A stretch of 64,000 nt of DNA from the human T2T-CHM13v2.0 reference genome, Homo sapiens: NCBI RefSeq assembly GCF_009914755.1, contig NC_060942.1, one strand, 5' to 3'. The notes under the pieces were generated by a model, which was not told where the DNA came from, ran no database searches, and saw nothing but the letters and a program-made list of their open reading frames with translations. Shown one piece after another: positions 26,926 to 42,108 of the stretch. The first letter of the stretch is position 1. Each line of letters opens with the position of its first letter. The position numbers and the translations under genes were made by a program.

Positions 26926-28207
26926 AATTAATTGGAAAATAGTCAATTTGAATTAATTATTTGGGGGAAGAAATTCTGGATATTTAAACATTTATTTTGA
27001 ATACATGGCAAACAATAAATCATACTGCTTTTTTGGTATTTCTTGGAAGAAAGGAATTAATGCATGGACATATTAATTTTTGACTCAGACTTTTGAATTG
27101 TTTACCTAAACATAAAAAGAAATATGTTTTTTTTTTGTATAAAGAAACAAACTTCTCTTCCCATTTTTGTTGAGGAAAATTTAAGAAAAAGATTCATATT
27201 AAAGTTTTTACTACCTCTCAGCTCTAAAAAAATATCTGTGTTCAGGAGTCTATAAAGCTACATGGTATATAAACTATAAAAGTATTCAGGGGATTATTTA
27301 GTAATAAATCATTTGAATAGAGTAAAAATTCTAATACTTGTTAATAGATAAAATAACTAAAAATTCAAATTAAAAATGATGGTTTTAGGCTATTTTCTAT
27401 AACTTAGACGATAATGATAGTGATTGCTAATATATCACATATGAAACATACATTTTCTAATTTAATCTAGTGTCTGAATCCCTGGTGTAAAATTACTGAA
27501 TTGGAATCAATTTCACTCTCCTCTACCATTCTTTCACCCACTGGAGTCCACTTAGGGAAAGAGAAACTCCCCTAGATATTTTTAATCCAGGGAATTTTCA
27601 TATATGATTTGGTTATGAATGTGTTGGAAGAGCCAAAGGAGAAAAGGGAAAAAGGAGTTATTACCAAACATCATGAAGCTTCCAATGTTTGGATGGAAAC
27701 CCGGTGCCCACAGAGACCACTAATTTGCTAGAGAGTCTAGTATAGTTGCTAGTGGAAAAGCATCTGCAATGAGCAGAAAACAGGGGGCCACTCTCCTGCT
27801 GAGCCTCCAGACCCCATCACTCATCACGTTCAGTTACAGACACTGGCATCACAAGTAGCAGAAAAATATTTCCCTTCTTTCTCCTTCCATTTGCCTGATA
27901 AGCCTCCCATTGACAAGCTCCCTTAGAAAGGCAGCTCAAAGGAATGTGTGGAGAGAGTTTAGTTATTGGTGGTGTGCTATTTTGTTTACTTGTTTAGTTT
28001 TGATTTTTGGTGGGTTTACAACTCCAATGAAACAGGAAACAAAAGTAGAGGGAGAATGTAAAGCCGACAGACGAGAGTCACAACTCAGAACAAGTGGTGC
28101 TGTGCCTATCACAATGTCGGAAACACGGTCAGAGCATAAAGATCATGTTTAAATAAATACATGAAGGCTAATTGAAGGAGTGACTGGATACATGGATAAA
28201 TACTGAG

Positions 28208-28250
28208 GGCTGGGCATGGTGGTGGCTCGTGCTTGTAATCCCAGCTTTGT
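28208..28250 (+). mobile_element. Short Alu 5' fragment
   Basis: ggctgggcatggtggtggctcgtgcttgtaatcccagc. Confidence 0.75.
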
Positions 28251-29440
28251 GAGCCGAACTTTCATGTCCTAAGAAAGTTGTTTACAATGATGACATGACT
28301 GAGAACTGTGTCCTCAAGTTCCGCCATACCTCCATTCCTTTGCATCACCTTTTACAGTGTTCTATTGTAAATCAGGCTGCATTGTGACATTTTGGCATAC
28401 ATTTTTCTCTATCTGCAGACCGTGAGCCTTTGTGGGCCTGATAGTCCTTTGCAGGTTGGGCACTGTGGCTGGCTTCAGTGGAGTCTTAGAGTTTATTGAA
28501 TCAAGCTGCCATTGCTTTTGAGGATCTGTGAGAAAAAAAGAATGGAGAATGGATATTGATGTTTCTCCCTGGCAGGGTCTGCAAGTGTGAACGCCAGGCT
28601 TCGTGGCAGGAGCTTTCAAAATGACCCAAGAAAAGATTTCCAAAATGGGATTCATGCTTGAGCATTAAAGCTAGTAATTATTAGCTTACAATGACTGTCT
28701 ACAGATATGTACTCCATTTGACACTGCTTTTGGAAAAATATAATCTATTCAAGTACTCTGCATGATGATTCGGCAATCAAAATATTAAGATCCTGTGATA
28801 AAAGATTCATAATCAAGTGTTCAAAAATAATTTCATGAAGACAGTGTCCTTTTATATTTCCAAGTAATGGAAATATTTACCTTTGTATTCAGCCATATGT
28901 TTTATTCACAAATAAATTACATATGTATAAATCACAAGGATTTTAGTTTCATAGCTCAGTGTAAACTGGAAAACAAACAATATTCATAAAGAAAAACCAG
29001 TACATGCACAAGAAGTTCTTATCTCCAACTATAATTCTGTAACTAATGACTGTTCTAACATTAGCCCTTGGCATTTAAATAGCATTCAAATGGGGAAACA
29101 ATATAGAGAATGATGGAATTCAGAAATCGGTTTTTGCTTTGGGACATGAAAAATTGCTATTAAAGACCAGTAATAATATTAGCTTAATAGTACCCCTCTG
29201 TTTTAATTTAAGTAAATGTTGTATTGACATACAGTACTCACAGAAAAACTTCTATCAATTGTACCCAGGAGGCACCATGATTTTTCACCAAATTGATACT
29301 TCCATGCAGCCAGCACCTGAATCAAGAAATGGAACTTTTTCTGCATCCCCTGAGGATCACTCATGGCTTTGGCTGTTTTCCATTTACTATCTACACCACA
29401 AAGTAAACACCATCCTGATTTGTAACATAATAGATGCATT

Positions 29441-29745
<305 letters not shown>

Positions 29746-29979
29746 AATAGATGCGTTTTTACAATTTTTAGTTTATATAAATGGAACCACACAGTGTCTA
29801 GCTTGCTTTGTTCAAAGTTTGTGAAAACCATCGATTCTGTTACATGTAAGTGTAGCTAGTTTGTTATTGCTGAATACTATTCCATTTAAGAATATCCTAC
29901 TATTTAATCATTCCACCATTGATGAATATCAGGGTGTTTTTCCTTTTCTTTCTTTTTTTTCTGTTAAAATGTTCAAAAA

Positions 29980-31090
<1,111 letters not shown>

Positions 31091-32778
31091 AAGATTTTAA
31101 TCCACATCCCTTGTTTCATTTAGGTGAGGGTGTATACTCAAGAATAGAATTGAAGCCTGTCAGATATGTATAGGTCCAAATTGTTTTTTAAAATGGATAT
31201 GCCTACTTAGCTATGCACCAGCAGTGTAAGAGCTCTACCTGTTCATATGTTCATTGATAAACCATATTTACTGACTTTTCCATTTTAGACATTCTGGTGT
31301 GTGTTTTGATAGAATTTCATTTTGGTTTTAATTTGCATTTTCAAACACATAATTAATATGGGTTCATTTTCATTGTCATATGGTTATATTCTTTGAAGTA
31401 TCTCAAGTGGAAATGATTTCAATAATTATATATTATGTGTGACTATTTAATTCATATTTTTTCCTTTTTAGATACCTTTTTATTACATTAAGAAAGCTCC
31501 CTGAAATGACTACTTTGTTAATAGCAGTATTTCTGTTAAGAAAATAGGATTTTTTCATTCTTCATATGAATGTGATGAATTACATTAATTGCTATTCAAA
31601 TAGTTAAAACACCTGTCCATTATGGCAATATATGCTCCAATTCCTTATGGTAAATTACTGATTTTCTTTATCACTAGACTTGATTTATTAATATTTCATT
31701 CAAAGTTTTAACATCTATATCCATGAGTAGGTTGGATGTACAGATGGTTGTCACCATTGTTGTATGTTCTTTGTTAGGATTTGATATTCAGTTTAAAATT
31801 GTGACGTAAAATTAGGAAATAGTTCCCTCTGTTTCTATTCTCTGCAAGAATTTGTAAAAATTGGTGATACTGCTTTTTAAAATATTTAGTAGAATCCATT
31901 GACAAAGTTGTTTGGGCTTCAAATTTTCACGGTAAGAAAGTTTTTAATAAGATTTAATTTCATTAGCAGATAACAAATTACTCAGAATTCTATTTGTTTC
32001 TTTGTTAATTTATGTTTTTCAGGAAATTTGTCCATTTCATCTGCACTTTCAAAATATTGGTTCAAAGTTGATATTTTCTTAGTATCTATAGTGATGCTGT
32101 GTTTTTTGGGTAATCTTTCTATTTTGGATTTGAACAATATTGGTAAGGTTTACCAATTTAATATATGTTTTTAAACTGTACTGGACTTTTTGTTCTGTAT
32201 TGTATGCTTTTTATTTTTTTTTATGCTTTTTATTATTTTGTTTTTACTGTTTGAAAGTTGTTCTCTTTTTTCCTTTGTAGCATCTTGAAATTAAATCTTA
32301 GATCACTGCTTTGAAGACTTTCTATCTTTGTCTACGAATTTCTCTCAAGAGATCTTTAAGGCTTTATTCAACTCCCCAACTCCAAAGCGATTCTTTAGCT
32401 ACATTTAATGGGTTTCAATATATCATATTTTCATTATCAGTCAGGACAAAATATCTTCTAATTTTATTTGTGACTCTTTTACAATTTTGTCCTATTATTT
32501 AGAATAAGTTGCTGCATTTCCAAGCTGTTGGTGATTTTCTTTCTTTTTTAAAATTGATTTTTCTCACTGATGCCAAATAGTGTTCACTGAATGATTTCAA
32601 TCCTTTGTAATTTGTTAAGACTTGCTTTATACACCAACAAATGGCCAACTGTGGAAAATGTCATGCATGTTCTTGAAAATATGGACACTCACTTTTTAAA
32701 GTTATTCTGATAATCACATAAATTAATTACATTTGGTTCTACATTTGTCAAGTTATTAGTTTCATACTATTATTTCTT

Positions 32779-33135
<357 letters not shown>

Positions 33136-34179
33136 TGATCTTTTTAATAATTGTTTCATTTTTTCTGTTTTCTGATATATTAATTAAACGTGTATAAACA
33201 CATTTACTATTCTTTAAGTAATTATGAAATATATTATTGATTTCTTTAGCCTAGTCTTTCAGGGATGGACTATATTTTTATTTGTATCCACATTAAATTA
33301 CTCTATACATCTGGTAGCTTAGCTTAGAACTGTTTCAAATTTTTAAATGCTAGCTCACAAAGTTTATTATCTGAATCTTGTAGAGTTTATTCAAATTGAC
33401 TACTACCCCATTTAATTTCTTACTTTAGAATTTTTTTGTTATTCTTGTTTATTTTAAATAAAAATTTTGTAAATAGTATAAAGTCAGTTACAAATAATAG
33501 GAAACTATCCTTACTGCTTTAATCTGAAAGGTTAGTGATGGTGAGAGATGGGTCACAGAAACTGATAAATTTCTAGGCAGTTCATCTCTGATGGTCTCCT
33601 CTCTGTTATCTTTTTGAGTCAGGTTAATTTCTCAGCTGCTTTCTGCAGACTCACATACTCACTGGCATGCTGTGGCCAGAGTATATTGCAATGAAAATGA
33701 ACAAACATGGCCCAAAGTCCTTATGACATTTCAGGTCCAGTGCTCACCACCAGCTCATGAAATTGATGTTAGTAACCTTTGGTTGAGTCTCTGCTTGGCT
33801 CCAGTGGCTCCTCAGTTCATTTTTGATATAATCAGCTATGACAGGAGGCCATATTCACCAGGTACATGCAGGATTATCAGGACTTTGCAGAAGGGGTGAG
33901 TGATATTTCAGGATCTTGTAAGATATTGTGGAGAAGCAGTTAATGAGGACATTATATTTGTTTGTTAAACTTTATGTTAAGATAGGATTATTTTCATACT
34001 ATATAAAGGGTTTAGAATCTCTCACTTTGGGCTGTCATATGTTTACATTTATATATTTCAATATTATCAAACCTGTAAATTTGATACTAAAATTGTCATT
34101 AGTAATAAAATATCATTTAATAGAATGTAATTTATTATGCTCACCAAAAAAGATTTTACTATCTACATAAATGAGGCTA

Positions 34180-34548
34180 AATATTAAAAACAATTGAACT
34201 CCTGGAGGAAGAGAGTAGGATGGTTACCAGAGGCTGAGAAAGGGTAGTGGGCGGATGTGGGGGAAGTGGGGATAGTGAATGGGTGAAAAATAATTGTTAG
34301 AACAAATAAGATCTAGTATTTGCTAGCACAACAGGATGACTATAGTCAATAATAACTTAATTGTATGTTTTAAAATAGGAGTATAATTGGATTGTTTGTG
34401 ACACAAAGATAAACGCTTGAAATAGTGGATACCCCATTTACCCTGATGTGATTATTTATTACACATTGTATGCCTATATAAAAATATCTCCTATACCCAT
34501 TAATATATACACCTAATATGTGCCCACAAAAATTTAAAAACAAAAAAG
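34180..34548 (+). mobile_element. L1MA (L1MA2-like) 3' end
   Basis: ggatggttaccagaggctg...tagcacaacagg.tgactatagtcaataata...atgtgcccacaaaaattt. Confidence 0.88.
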
Positions 34549-35484
34549 AAGTGTAAGATATATGAAAATGAATTCCCGGAATCATTTCAATACCTGTTTG
34601 ACTATGTTTCTTCTTTGAGGGCATTCACTTTAGTATCTTATGTCTTGCTATTAATGTCATCCTATTCAGGGACTAGAAACATTTATTTGATTTAATATAA
34701 ATTGTTATATGTGTAATATCCACCTATGAATAATAAGGATTAATAACATCACATTTATTAGATACTTATTCTTCTTTGGAACAGTAAGATTTATGTGAGA
34801 AATGACTGCATTTAGAGACATCTGAAATTTCTTACTTTCGTTCTAAATTAAACACACCTTGGACAGTCTATAACCTACAATATTCTAGGACAGACAGGTA
34901 GCTGCTAATCTATACATTCAGTCCATAAATCTAGACTTTGTTTATTCCTAATTTTAATCAGAAGAACATTTCAAAGAAGATAAATAATAAATAACATTAC
35001 TATGATAATGTTTACTGATAGAACCTATTGTGTTAAACTAAATTATCATATGTGGTCATTCTTTAAAATAGATAATTTAATTCTCCTTGTACCCAATTGT
35101 AATTTCTAAGTGGCTGTCCCTTGCTTCTGACATTGGAAGATTCATCAGGTGAGTAAATTTTAATAAACATGATTAACAGTTTTTCACAACTGCTTCTGAT
35201 TAGGCTTATTTATATAAGCATATAAGCATCTAGGTTGAGTTTTGTGTTAAGTACAAGTACTGGTCCCAAGCAAAAAAGTAAAGTAGGCAGAGTTTATTTA
35301 CAGTATTTTACCACCTTACTTCGTAGATTCTTATGTACTTTTTTAAAATTTCTAACTTAAAAAGCTCAGTTCTCATTTACTTTTCTTTTCCTGGACTCTC
35401 TCTGTAAGTTAGCTTCAGGGTCAGTATAGGGTTAGATAGCACAGATATAATCTTAGTTTTTACCTGGAGATAATTATTTAACTA

Positions 35485-35675
35485 TTCTAAACTCAGGTTC
35501 CACAACTATGTAACCCTGGAAAAAGTATTTCAGCTCTCTACTACCTTTTAGAAAATGGGCATTATAATAGTTTAAAAAAACAAGTTTATAATGGGGATTG
35601 AATGAGATAATGTGTATTAAGTTTTTAACATTGTTGCCTGCAATGAAATAATTATTCAATGAATGTCTATTGCTG
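35485..35675 (+). mobile_element. MIR
   Basis: tgtaaccctgga...aaaatgggcattataatag...ggattgaatgagataatgtgt...tcaatgaatgt. Confidence 0.7.
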
Positions 35676-35893
35676 TAACATTGTGGTGAGTAAACCACTC
35701 TAACAAATAGCCTCAAGTATGTAGCTGCTCAAACACAAAATAAATGTATTCTCTCAAATAACAGTTCCGACTGGATGTTACAGTTTTAAAAAGGGGGCTT
35801 CGCTACTTGCGGTTGATCACTAAATGAAGCAAATCAGCCTTTCTCCTTTTTTCCCTACTATCTGAATTCTACACCTTTTCCTCCTTCGTCCTT

Positions 35894-35958
35894 TGATGAT
35901 GATGGTTGTGATGATGATGATGATCATGATGATGATGGTGAATATGATGATGATGATG
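35894..35958. repeat. Interrupted (GAT)n trinucleotide repeat
   Basis: Seen directly. It explains the poly-Ile ORF at 35820-36020. Confidence 0.92.
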
Positions 35959-36320
35959 CCTCTTTGGAGGCATGTTATCTTTGGAGTTTGCCTTCCAGAA
36001 TTCCATCTTCCTTGGAGCACTACTAATCTGATAATCCTGTCAAACTAAATTAGGCTTGCTTCATGATAGTGCTATGTCATTTGTTTCAGTTTTCATTTTT
36101 AAAATGAAGCCCAATTATTATGACATAAATGAGTAACAGATATGGCTGAACATCAACTGGGAAGCGCCAGCCGGAGAGACACTTAGAGAAGAAAGATGCT
36201 ACCCAGTCATATGGTATAAGCAGCTCCCTATCTGCGTGGCTCTATTTTAGTTCCACTTCTCCAGGACAGCTATGCAACTGTTTAGTCATTCTTCTCTATT
36301 TTTTTTAGATGATCATACTT

Positions 36321-36361
36321 TTAGGTTGGTGCAAAAGCAATTGCAATTTTTGCCATGATTT
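36321..36361. mobile_element. MADE1 (Hsmar1 MITE), single arm
   Basis: ttaggttggtgcaaaagcaattgcaatttttgccat resembles the MADE1 TIR TTAGGTTGGTGCAAAAGTAATTGCGGTTTTTGCCAT. Confidence 0.85.
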
Positions 36362-37112
36362 GCAAGTTTTATTATACAATGGAGTGGAGATTTAAAGCAA
36401 ATTTTAATGTGTTAATAAAGCTGTCAAAAGAATAGTCAGTAATTTATTCATTAGTCATTAATTTAATTATTATTTATCTGAAAAAATAAAAATAGAACCT
36501 CTGCAAGTTTCGCACTACCAAATCTGTTAAGCTACTGCACATTTACCCACATATTCTGACTTCTCCATGTGACAATGGATGAGTGCATTGTATTCCGACC
36601 TCAGACCTTTTCCACACTGGAATCTGCCCCCCTCCTGAGGGACAGATGTGCTCAACTGCTCCTGAATCCCTTTTGTGCATGTGTCTTTGTAACATGAGAT
36701 GGGAGGAGGGCTCTTTAGAGCACAGAGCTCAGAGCAAGGACCCTCTTGCCTATATTTAAGGGAGGTACTGCCTGCATAATTATATTGTTTTCTCTTTACT
36801 GAATCGGTTCCACCAGCTTAGAAACTTGCTGTAATTAATTTCATCTTAACCCACAGAAAAACCAACTCTTCCTTTTCACCTAACTTCTAAGATATGTTCT
36901 TCTTTGAATTTTCTCCTTCCTTAGAGGCTGATCCTTCTCAGCCTCTTTAGCTGCTTGCTAGACATATTCTGGCCCATTCTTTCATTTCAATCTATGTGCG
37001 GTAGTGGTTTTTTCTGTCTTTCTGGAAAGGCCCACATAGCTCTTGATAACACAAACAAGGGATGCACATCCTCTCCGTGCATGCGGCAAATGATCACTGA
37101 ATCATTGGCTAG

Positions 37113-37277
37113 ATCCCTGGTGCTCAAATATGAACCATCTCAAGATATTCTTAACTTTACTGATACCTGGATATGTTCCTCCGAAATTATACTACATCAG
37201 GGGTGCTACTCAGCTGCTGCCAAAGATCCACAGATGATACTAATTTATAGCAAATTCACAGGGTTGAGAACCAGTGA
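37113..37277. mobile_element. MER5-like hAT element
   Basis: Ends ctggtgctcaaa ... gttgagaaccagtg resemble MER5 TIRs. Confidence 0.5.
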
Positions 37278-39754
37278 ATTCATTGTGAGATTTATACTCA
37301 TAGCCAGTTTTAGATATGATTGGTTAAATAAGTTATGATGTTCTGAAAAGACTGTTCCTTAAAAAGAAAAACAAACAAAAAACATTAAAACAGCAACAAA
37401 ATACCTCACTATCCTACCAATTGGCTGACCCTCAAAATTTCTGTCATTAGTTGAAGGGAAGCCACCCTGAAGCTTCCTCATTTAAACAATCAGCAACAAC
37501 TGCATTTTTTTTTGTTTTACAAATTTACAAATTCTCGAAGAAATAATTTGGTCTAATATAGGTCAGATATTCATCCCTATTCAATCAGCTACGAGTAGAA
37601 AATTGAACTCACAAACCAAAACAGGCTCTTGTGTGCAACTGTCTTAAGAAAACATTTATAATAAGTAGGCTTAATGGAATCATCAAACACAATATTTTAA
37701 AGGAACTGATTTCAGTTGGTTTATTACTTTAATGTACAGAAGAAAAATGTATTTGTTTTGCTCTGTGTGGATTTTGTTTACCTATATTTAAACTTTGTAT
37801 ATGGTTTCACAGAAATTCCCTGATGGCATTCACTATTTTCAAATTAAAAACTTTGGAAATAGTCATATTTCCTTAGATTAAAAGCCTATTACTCATTAAT
37901 GAACTTAATCCACTGCAATGTATAGTCACGTCGAAATAATTTATGATTCTAGAGTTTACAAATTTATACTTTAGGTATAAGGTCTATCACAGTGTGTAGC
38001 ATGAAAATAACATTTCATAAATGTTATTTCTCTTTGATCAAAGTTACACAATGACCAATTCTTTAGGGCTACATTAAATCCTAAAGGTCCTGCTATTTCA
38101 GGACTCATTCAAATACATTTTAGTATGTTCTCTTTCTTATGTATTATTTACACAAGATAAAATTGAAGAAGTAGCAAATCAAATTCTAAATAAAGTTGTT
38201 TCAGAAGTACAATGTGTACAGAATAATACTGTGTCAGCAATGTTTTCTTAGGCCATTGTTTCTTAATGAGAGAATAGAAAATATGAAAAGAAAATTTCAA
38301 AGAGCTGTTCTGTTTTAGAAACCATGCCATTGGCTCCCTTATTAAATGACAGCTGGAGTATTTGAAAGCTAACCAATGTTTGTTTTCAGGAATGTGAGTT
38401 GACAGGAAAAATGCATATCACAAATATGGCTTGTATGATATTTTCTCTTTTACCTAGAATAAAATTGGATAAAATAAGCCACATAGAAGTTTTTATATTT
38501 CTGACAATGAACCATACCCATGTTTCTTAGAGAGAAAAACTATCTATTCCTTTGTCCAAAGGCAGAAAAATCTCACATTGAGACAGCTTATCCAAATTCC
38601 CTGTCACACTATTAGAATGGAATTAAAGTACTAAAACTTGAATAGAATTGGATGACTAGATGCTTAAGTGAATTGTTCTTTCTTAAGCAGCCTCATTTTA
38701 GCTCCCAACCAGTGCATATAAATCGAAGTCATTTAAATAAATATTTTAAATTATAATGTCCCCACAGTAATCTTTAAAAACTTAATAGAGTTTTTTAAGT
38801 TGGGAAACGTAAATCTAACAGGAAAGTCATGCTAATGCATTTACTATCTATATACTGTTTATTCTGTCAGGCAATATTTATATGAGAGTTAAAAGTATTT
38901 CAGGGTAAAAGAGGACAGTATATACCATACAAGTGGCAAAGAGTCACAAATATTTTAATTCTAAATTAATTTTATGATGTTAAACAGAATTTTTAAAAAT
39001 AGCACTGAAAAAAATTTCTAAATTATTTGCATGTGAAGTCCTCATTTAAATCATTTAATCACCATCTCTGTTGGTAAGTGATATTAAAGGGAAATATGTT
39101 TATAATAAAAGTTATTTGACCAGAACATCAAGAGATTTTCATTGACTTTAAAAATATCTATTTTCGGAAACAGGTAATGTGGCTACAATGAAAATTGTCT
39201 ACAGGAGTAATGGGCAGTTTTGGCATTTTCTGGAACAGTTAATATTTTCAAGTATAACCATATATTCTAGACCAAAACCTCATTTCAGAAAGATACAATG
39301 TTTACAGGCAAATTTATTGAAAATAAAAGTATTGAAAAAAAGAAAATGCTCACATGATCTTAAGCAACTGGATAGAATTTGATGGGAAAAAAAGACAATG
39401 GAATGAAATATAAACTAAAAATGTAAACAAATACAAAGAGCTCTAATCTTATCTTCAGTGTAGGTTGTTTCACTAATAATAGGTCAGCAAAATGTCTTTA
39501 TTTGGGAATGAAATAAAATATATGTTTCATATTTTGGAGATATTTTATTGCACCAATGGAAACAATTTCCAGTGTCAGTTAACGAGTATTTCTTGTACTT
39601 TTATGCTCAAGATACAAAATGGAGGTTGAACATGATTTAATATTGTCATAAATTATAAAAATCAAACTCTATAATTTAAATTTCTTTTATTCTAGCAACC
39701 CTAACAAGAGAAAATTGATTTGTGCAGCATGTGACTAAGCTGATCTCATTTCTC

Positions 39755-40995
39755 TGCATTTAATCCATTCTGCCAATCTATCATCTTTTAAGTGGGACAT
39801 TTTATCCATTTACATTTAAGGTTAATTTGATCTGTTGAGGTTTTGTTCTTTATTAAAAATTTTTTTCTGATGGGATTATTTAAAAAGACCCATCTTCAAG
39901 TTCTGAGGTTCTTTCTTCTGATTCATCCAGTCAATTATTGAAGCTTTCTCATGTATTTTACAATTTCTTCAATGAATTTTTCATTTCTATAATTTCTATG
40001 CGTGTGTTTTTTTTTCTTTTTCTTTTTAAAAATGTATCTGTCTGGTAAATTTCCCATTCATATTCTGAGTTCATTTTCTGATTTTTCTTATACTGGTTTT
40101 CGGATTTCTCTTGCATCTCATTTAACTTCTTCAAAATCAATATTTTGAATTGTTTGACTGGCATTTGGAGGATTCCTTTTTGGTTAGGAACTATTGCTGG
40201 AGAATTATTGTGTTCCTTTGAGGGTGTCATTTTACTTGCTTTTTCATGCTTCCTGTATCTTGCATAGATTTCTGTATATCTTGAGCAATAATCACTTCTT
40301 ATTTTTTAATTTACCTTTGTTGATAGGTGTGGAATCTTTTTGTTGAATACATGACTGTGATGTTGGTTTTGAGGGGCTGTGTGGCTTTGCATCTGATTGC
40401 ACTCAGTGGTGCAGAATCTGTATGATTTCCTTGGCTATAAACAGCCTTAGTGATATCTGTGGCTTCCTTGGTGTATTAGGGTACAGTTATTGGTGGAGAG
40501 GTGTGGTGAAGTCATGCTGGGGACTGAAATGCCTGATGGCTTCTGCAGGTTTCAGTGGTAGCAGTGGTGGACTAAGCATGTCTATCCTTGTGACCTGGGG
40601 CAGCATATGCTAGTACCTGTACTGACATTTCCAGGCAGGCGAGTTCCTAGGCTTTTGGGTATCTTTCTCAGATGCTGGATATAGTAGTGATGTATTGGGT
40701 GGGTGAGCAGGCCCTTGATTTCTTGGGCAGCTGGGGTGGTGTGACTGATGGTGGTAGCTGTGGTAGTGAGATGCACTCTTGGTTCCCAAGTGCTGTGCTC
40801 TTACGTTGGGAGTGGTTGCAATGAGCTGTGTGGGCTGGCTTCCTGAGCAGTATATAGCACTTGCAGGTAGAATCCAGATGAGGTGGTAGCATCAGGTAGC
40901 ATGAGGAGGTTTATGTCTGGTGCTTGGAGAAATGCTTAGGTGCTTCAGGCAGTTGACTGGGCTGTGGCACTCCCAGGAGCCTGGATCCCACACTA
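39755..40995 (-). mobile_element. L1M1/L1PB-type 5' region (5' UTR, ORF1 N-terminus, short inter-ORF piece)
   Basis: ORF 39958-40230 MTPSKEHNNSP...FKILILKKLNEMQE is L1 ORF1p-like. atccatttacatttaaggtt lies near 39805. Confidence 0.82.
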
Positions 40996-41949
40996 TAATT
41001 ATATTTTAATTGCATAACTTGAATTTTATTGATCTAGCCTCCTACTTTTCCATGAGCATGGATCCTGTATTCCAGGTATAGTACTTGTATCTCCTGAATA
41101 TTTCACACTATATGTACCTTCATGTCTTTGAGAAATCACAAAAACATTCATTATCATTTTTTTCTACTTCGCAAACACCATTTCATTCTTTGAACCTGTA
41201 CCCAGTATTACTGTCTTTATTGAGCCTCTTTTAATCTATTCAAGCAAAACTGATCTCTTCTCCATTCCTTCAATGGTATGGCTTTACTTAGTCTCTATGA
41301 CATTACAGTGCTCCAACTATGTTATATTTTCATTTGTTTTCATGATTTTAACTTCCAAAGAGCCAGTTTTTAATTTTTGAAATAGCATCCTTTCCTCAGG
41401 TACAAGAATTGTCTTATGTACTGGAAGATTATAATGACAACATTTGAATTTTTATTTTTCTCATATTTCCTCCGCATATTTTTTCCTGTGGTTTACTATA
41501 ATACATGGCTGTCATGTTAAATATTTTCTCAAATTTTGAGTCACTCATATTTAGGAGTGAGTCCCTTGGAATGCTGACTGGAAAGTTGGATGCATGAGTA
41601 AGATTTGTTTAACAGTTTCTCTGTAAGACCCCCAGTCATTTTGCTACAGAAACCTCAGTGATCACTCGAGAGGGGACTGTTTTCTTCAGTAAAGTATTAT
41701 CCAGTTTTCAGTGTGATCACTGTGCAAGGAAATGAGTCTGAGACTTTAAACACTCAAATTGTAATTTTTCCTTAATCTCTATATTAAGCCTGCAGCCTCA
41801 AAATTGAGAGCCTTCCTGGCCAATTCATGCAAAGAACAATTTTTCCATTGGTCAGTGCAGGGAGGAGTAGACTTCCCATCTGACTGTACTTATGTGTAGG
41901 GAGGACTGGGGAGAAGTAGGAGAGGATAGACTTTGGAGAAACCAAATTG

Positions 41950-42108
41950 GGTTGGGTGGCAGGAGGATGAGGGATGAAATACTACCTATTGGGTACAATA
42001 TATGCTATTTGGGTGATGGGTACACTAAAAGCCCAGACTTCACTTTTCTACAATATATCCTTGTAACACAATTGCACTTGTACCCCTAAATCTATAAAAA
42101 AATTGAAA
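41950..42108 (+). mobile_element. L1MA (L1MA4-like) 3' tip
   Basis: tacctattgggtacaat...gggtgatgggtacactaaaagcccagacttcac...gcacttgtacccctaaatctataaaa. Confidence 0.85.

Noticed and set aside
33546-33590. Short stem agagatg...catctct
   Set aside because: Only ~7 bp of perfect pairing; not significant.
35820-36020. Poly-Ile membrane-like ORF
   Set aside because: Translation of the (GAT)n microsatellite.
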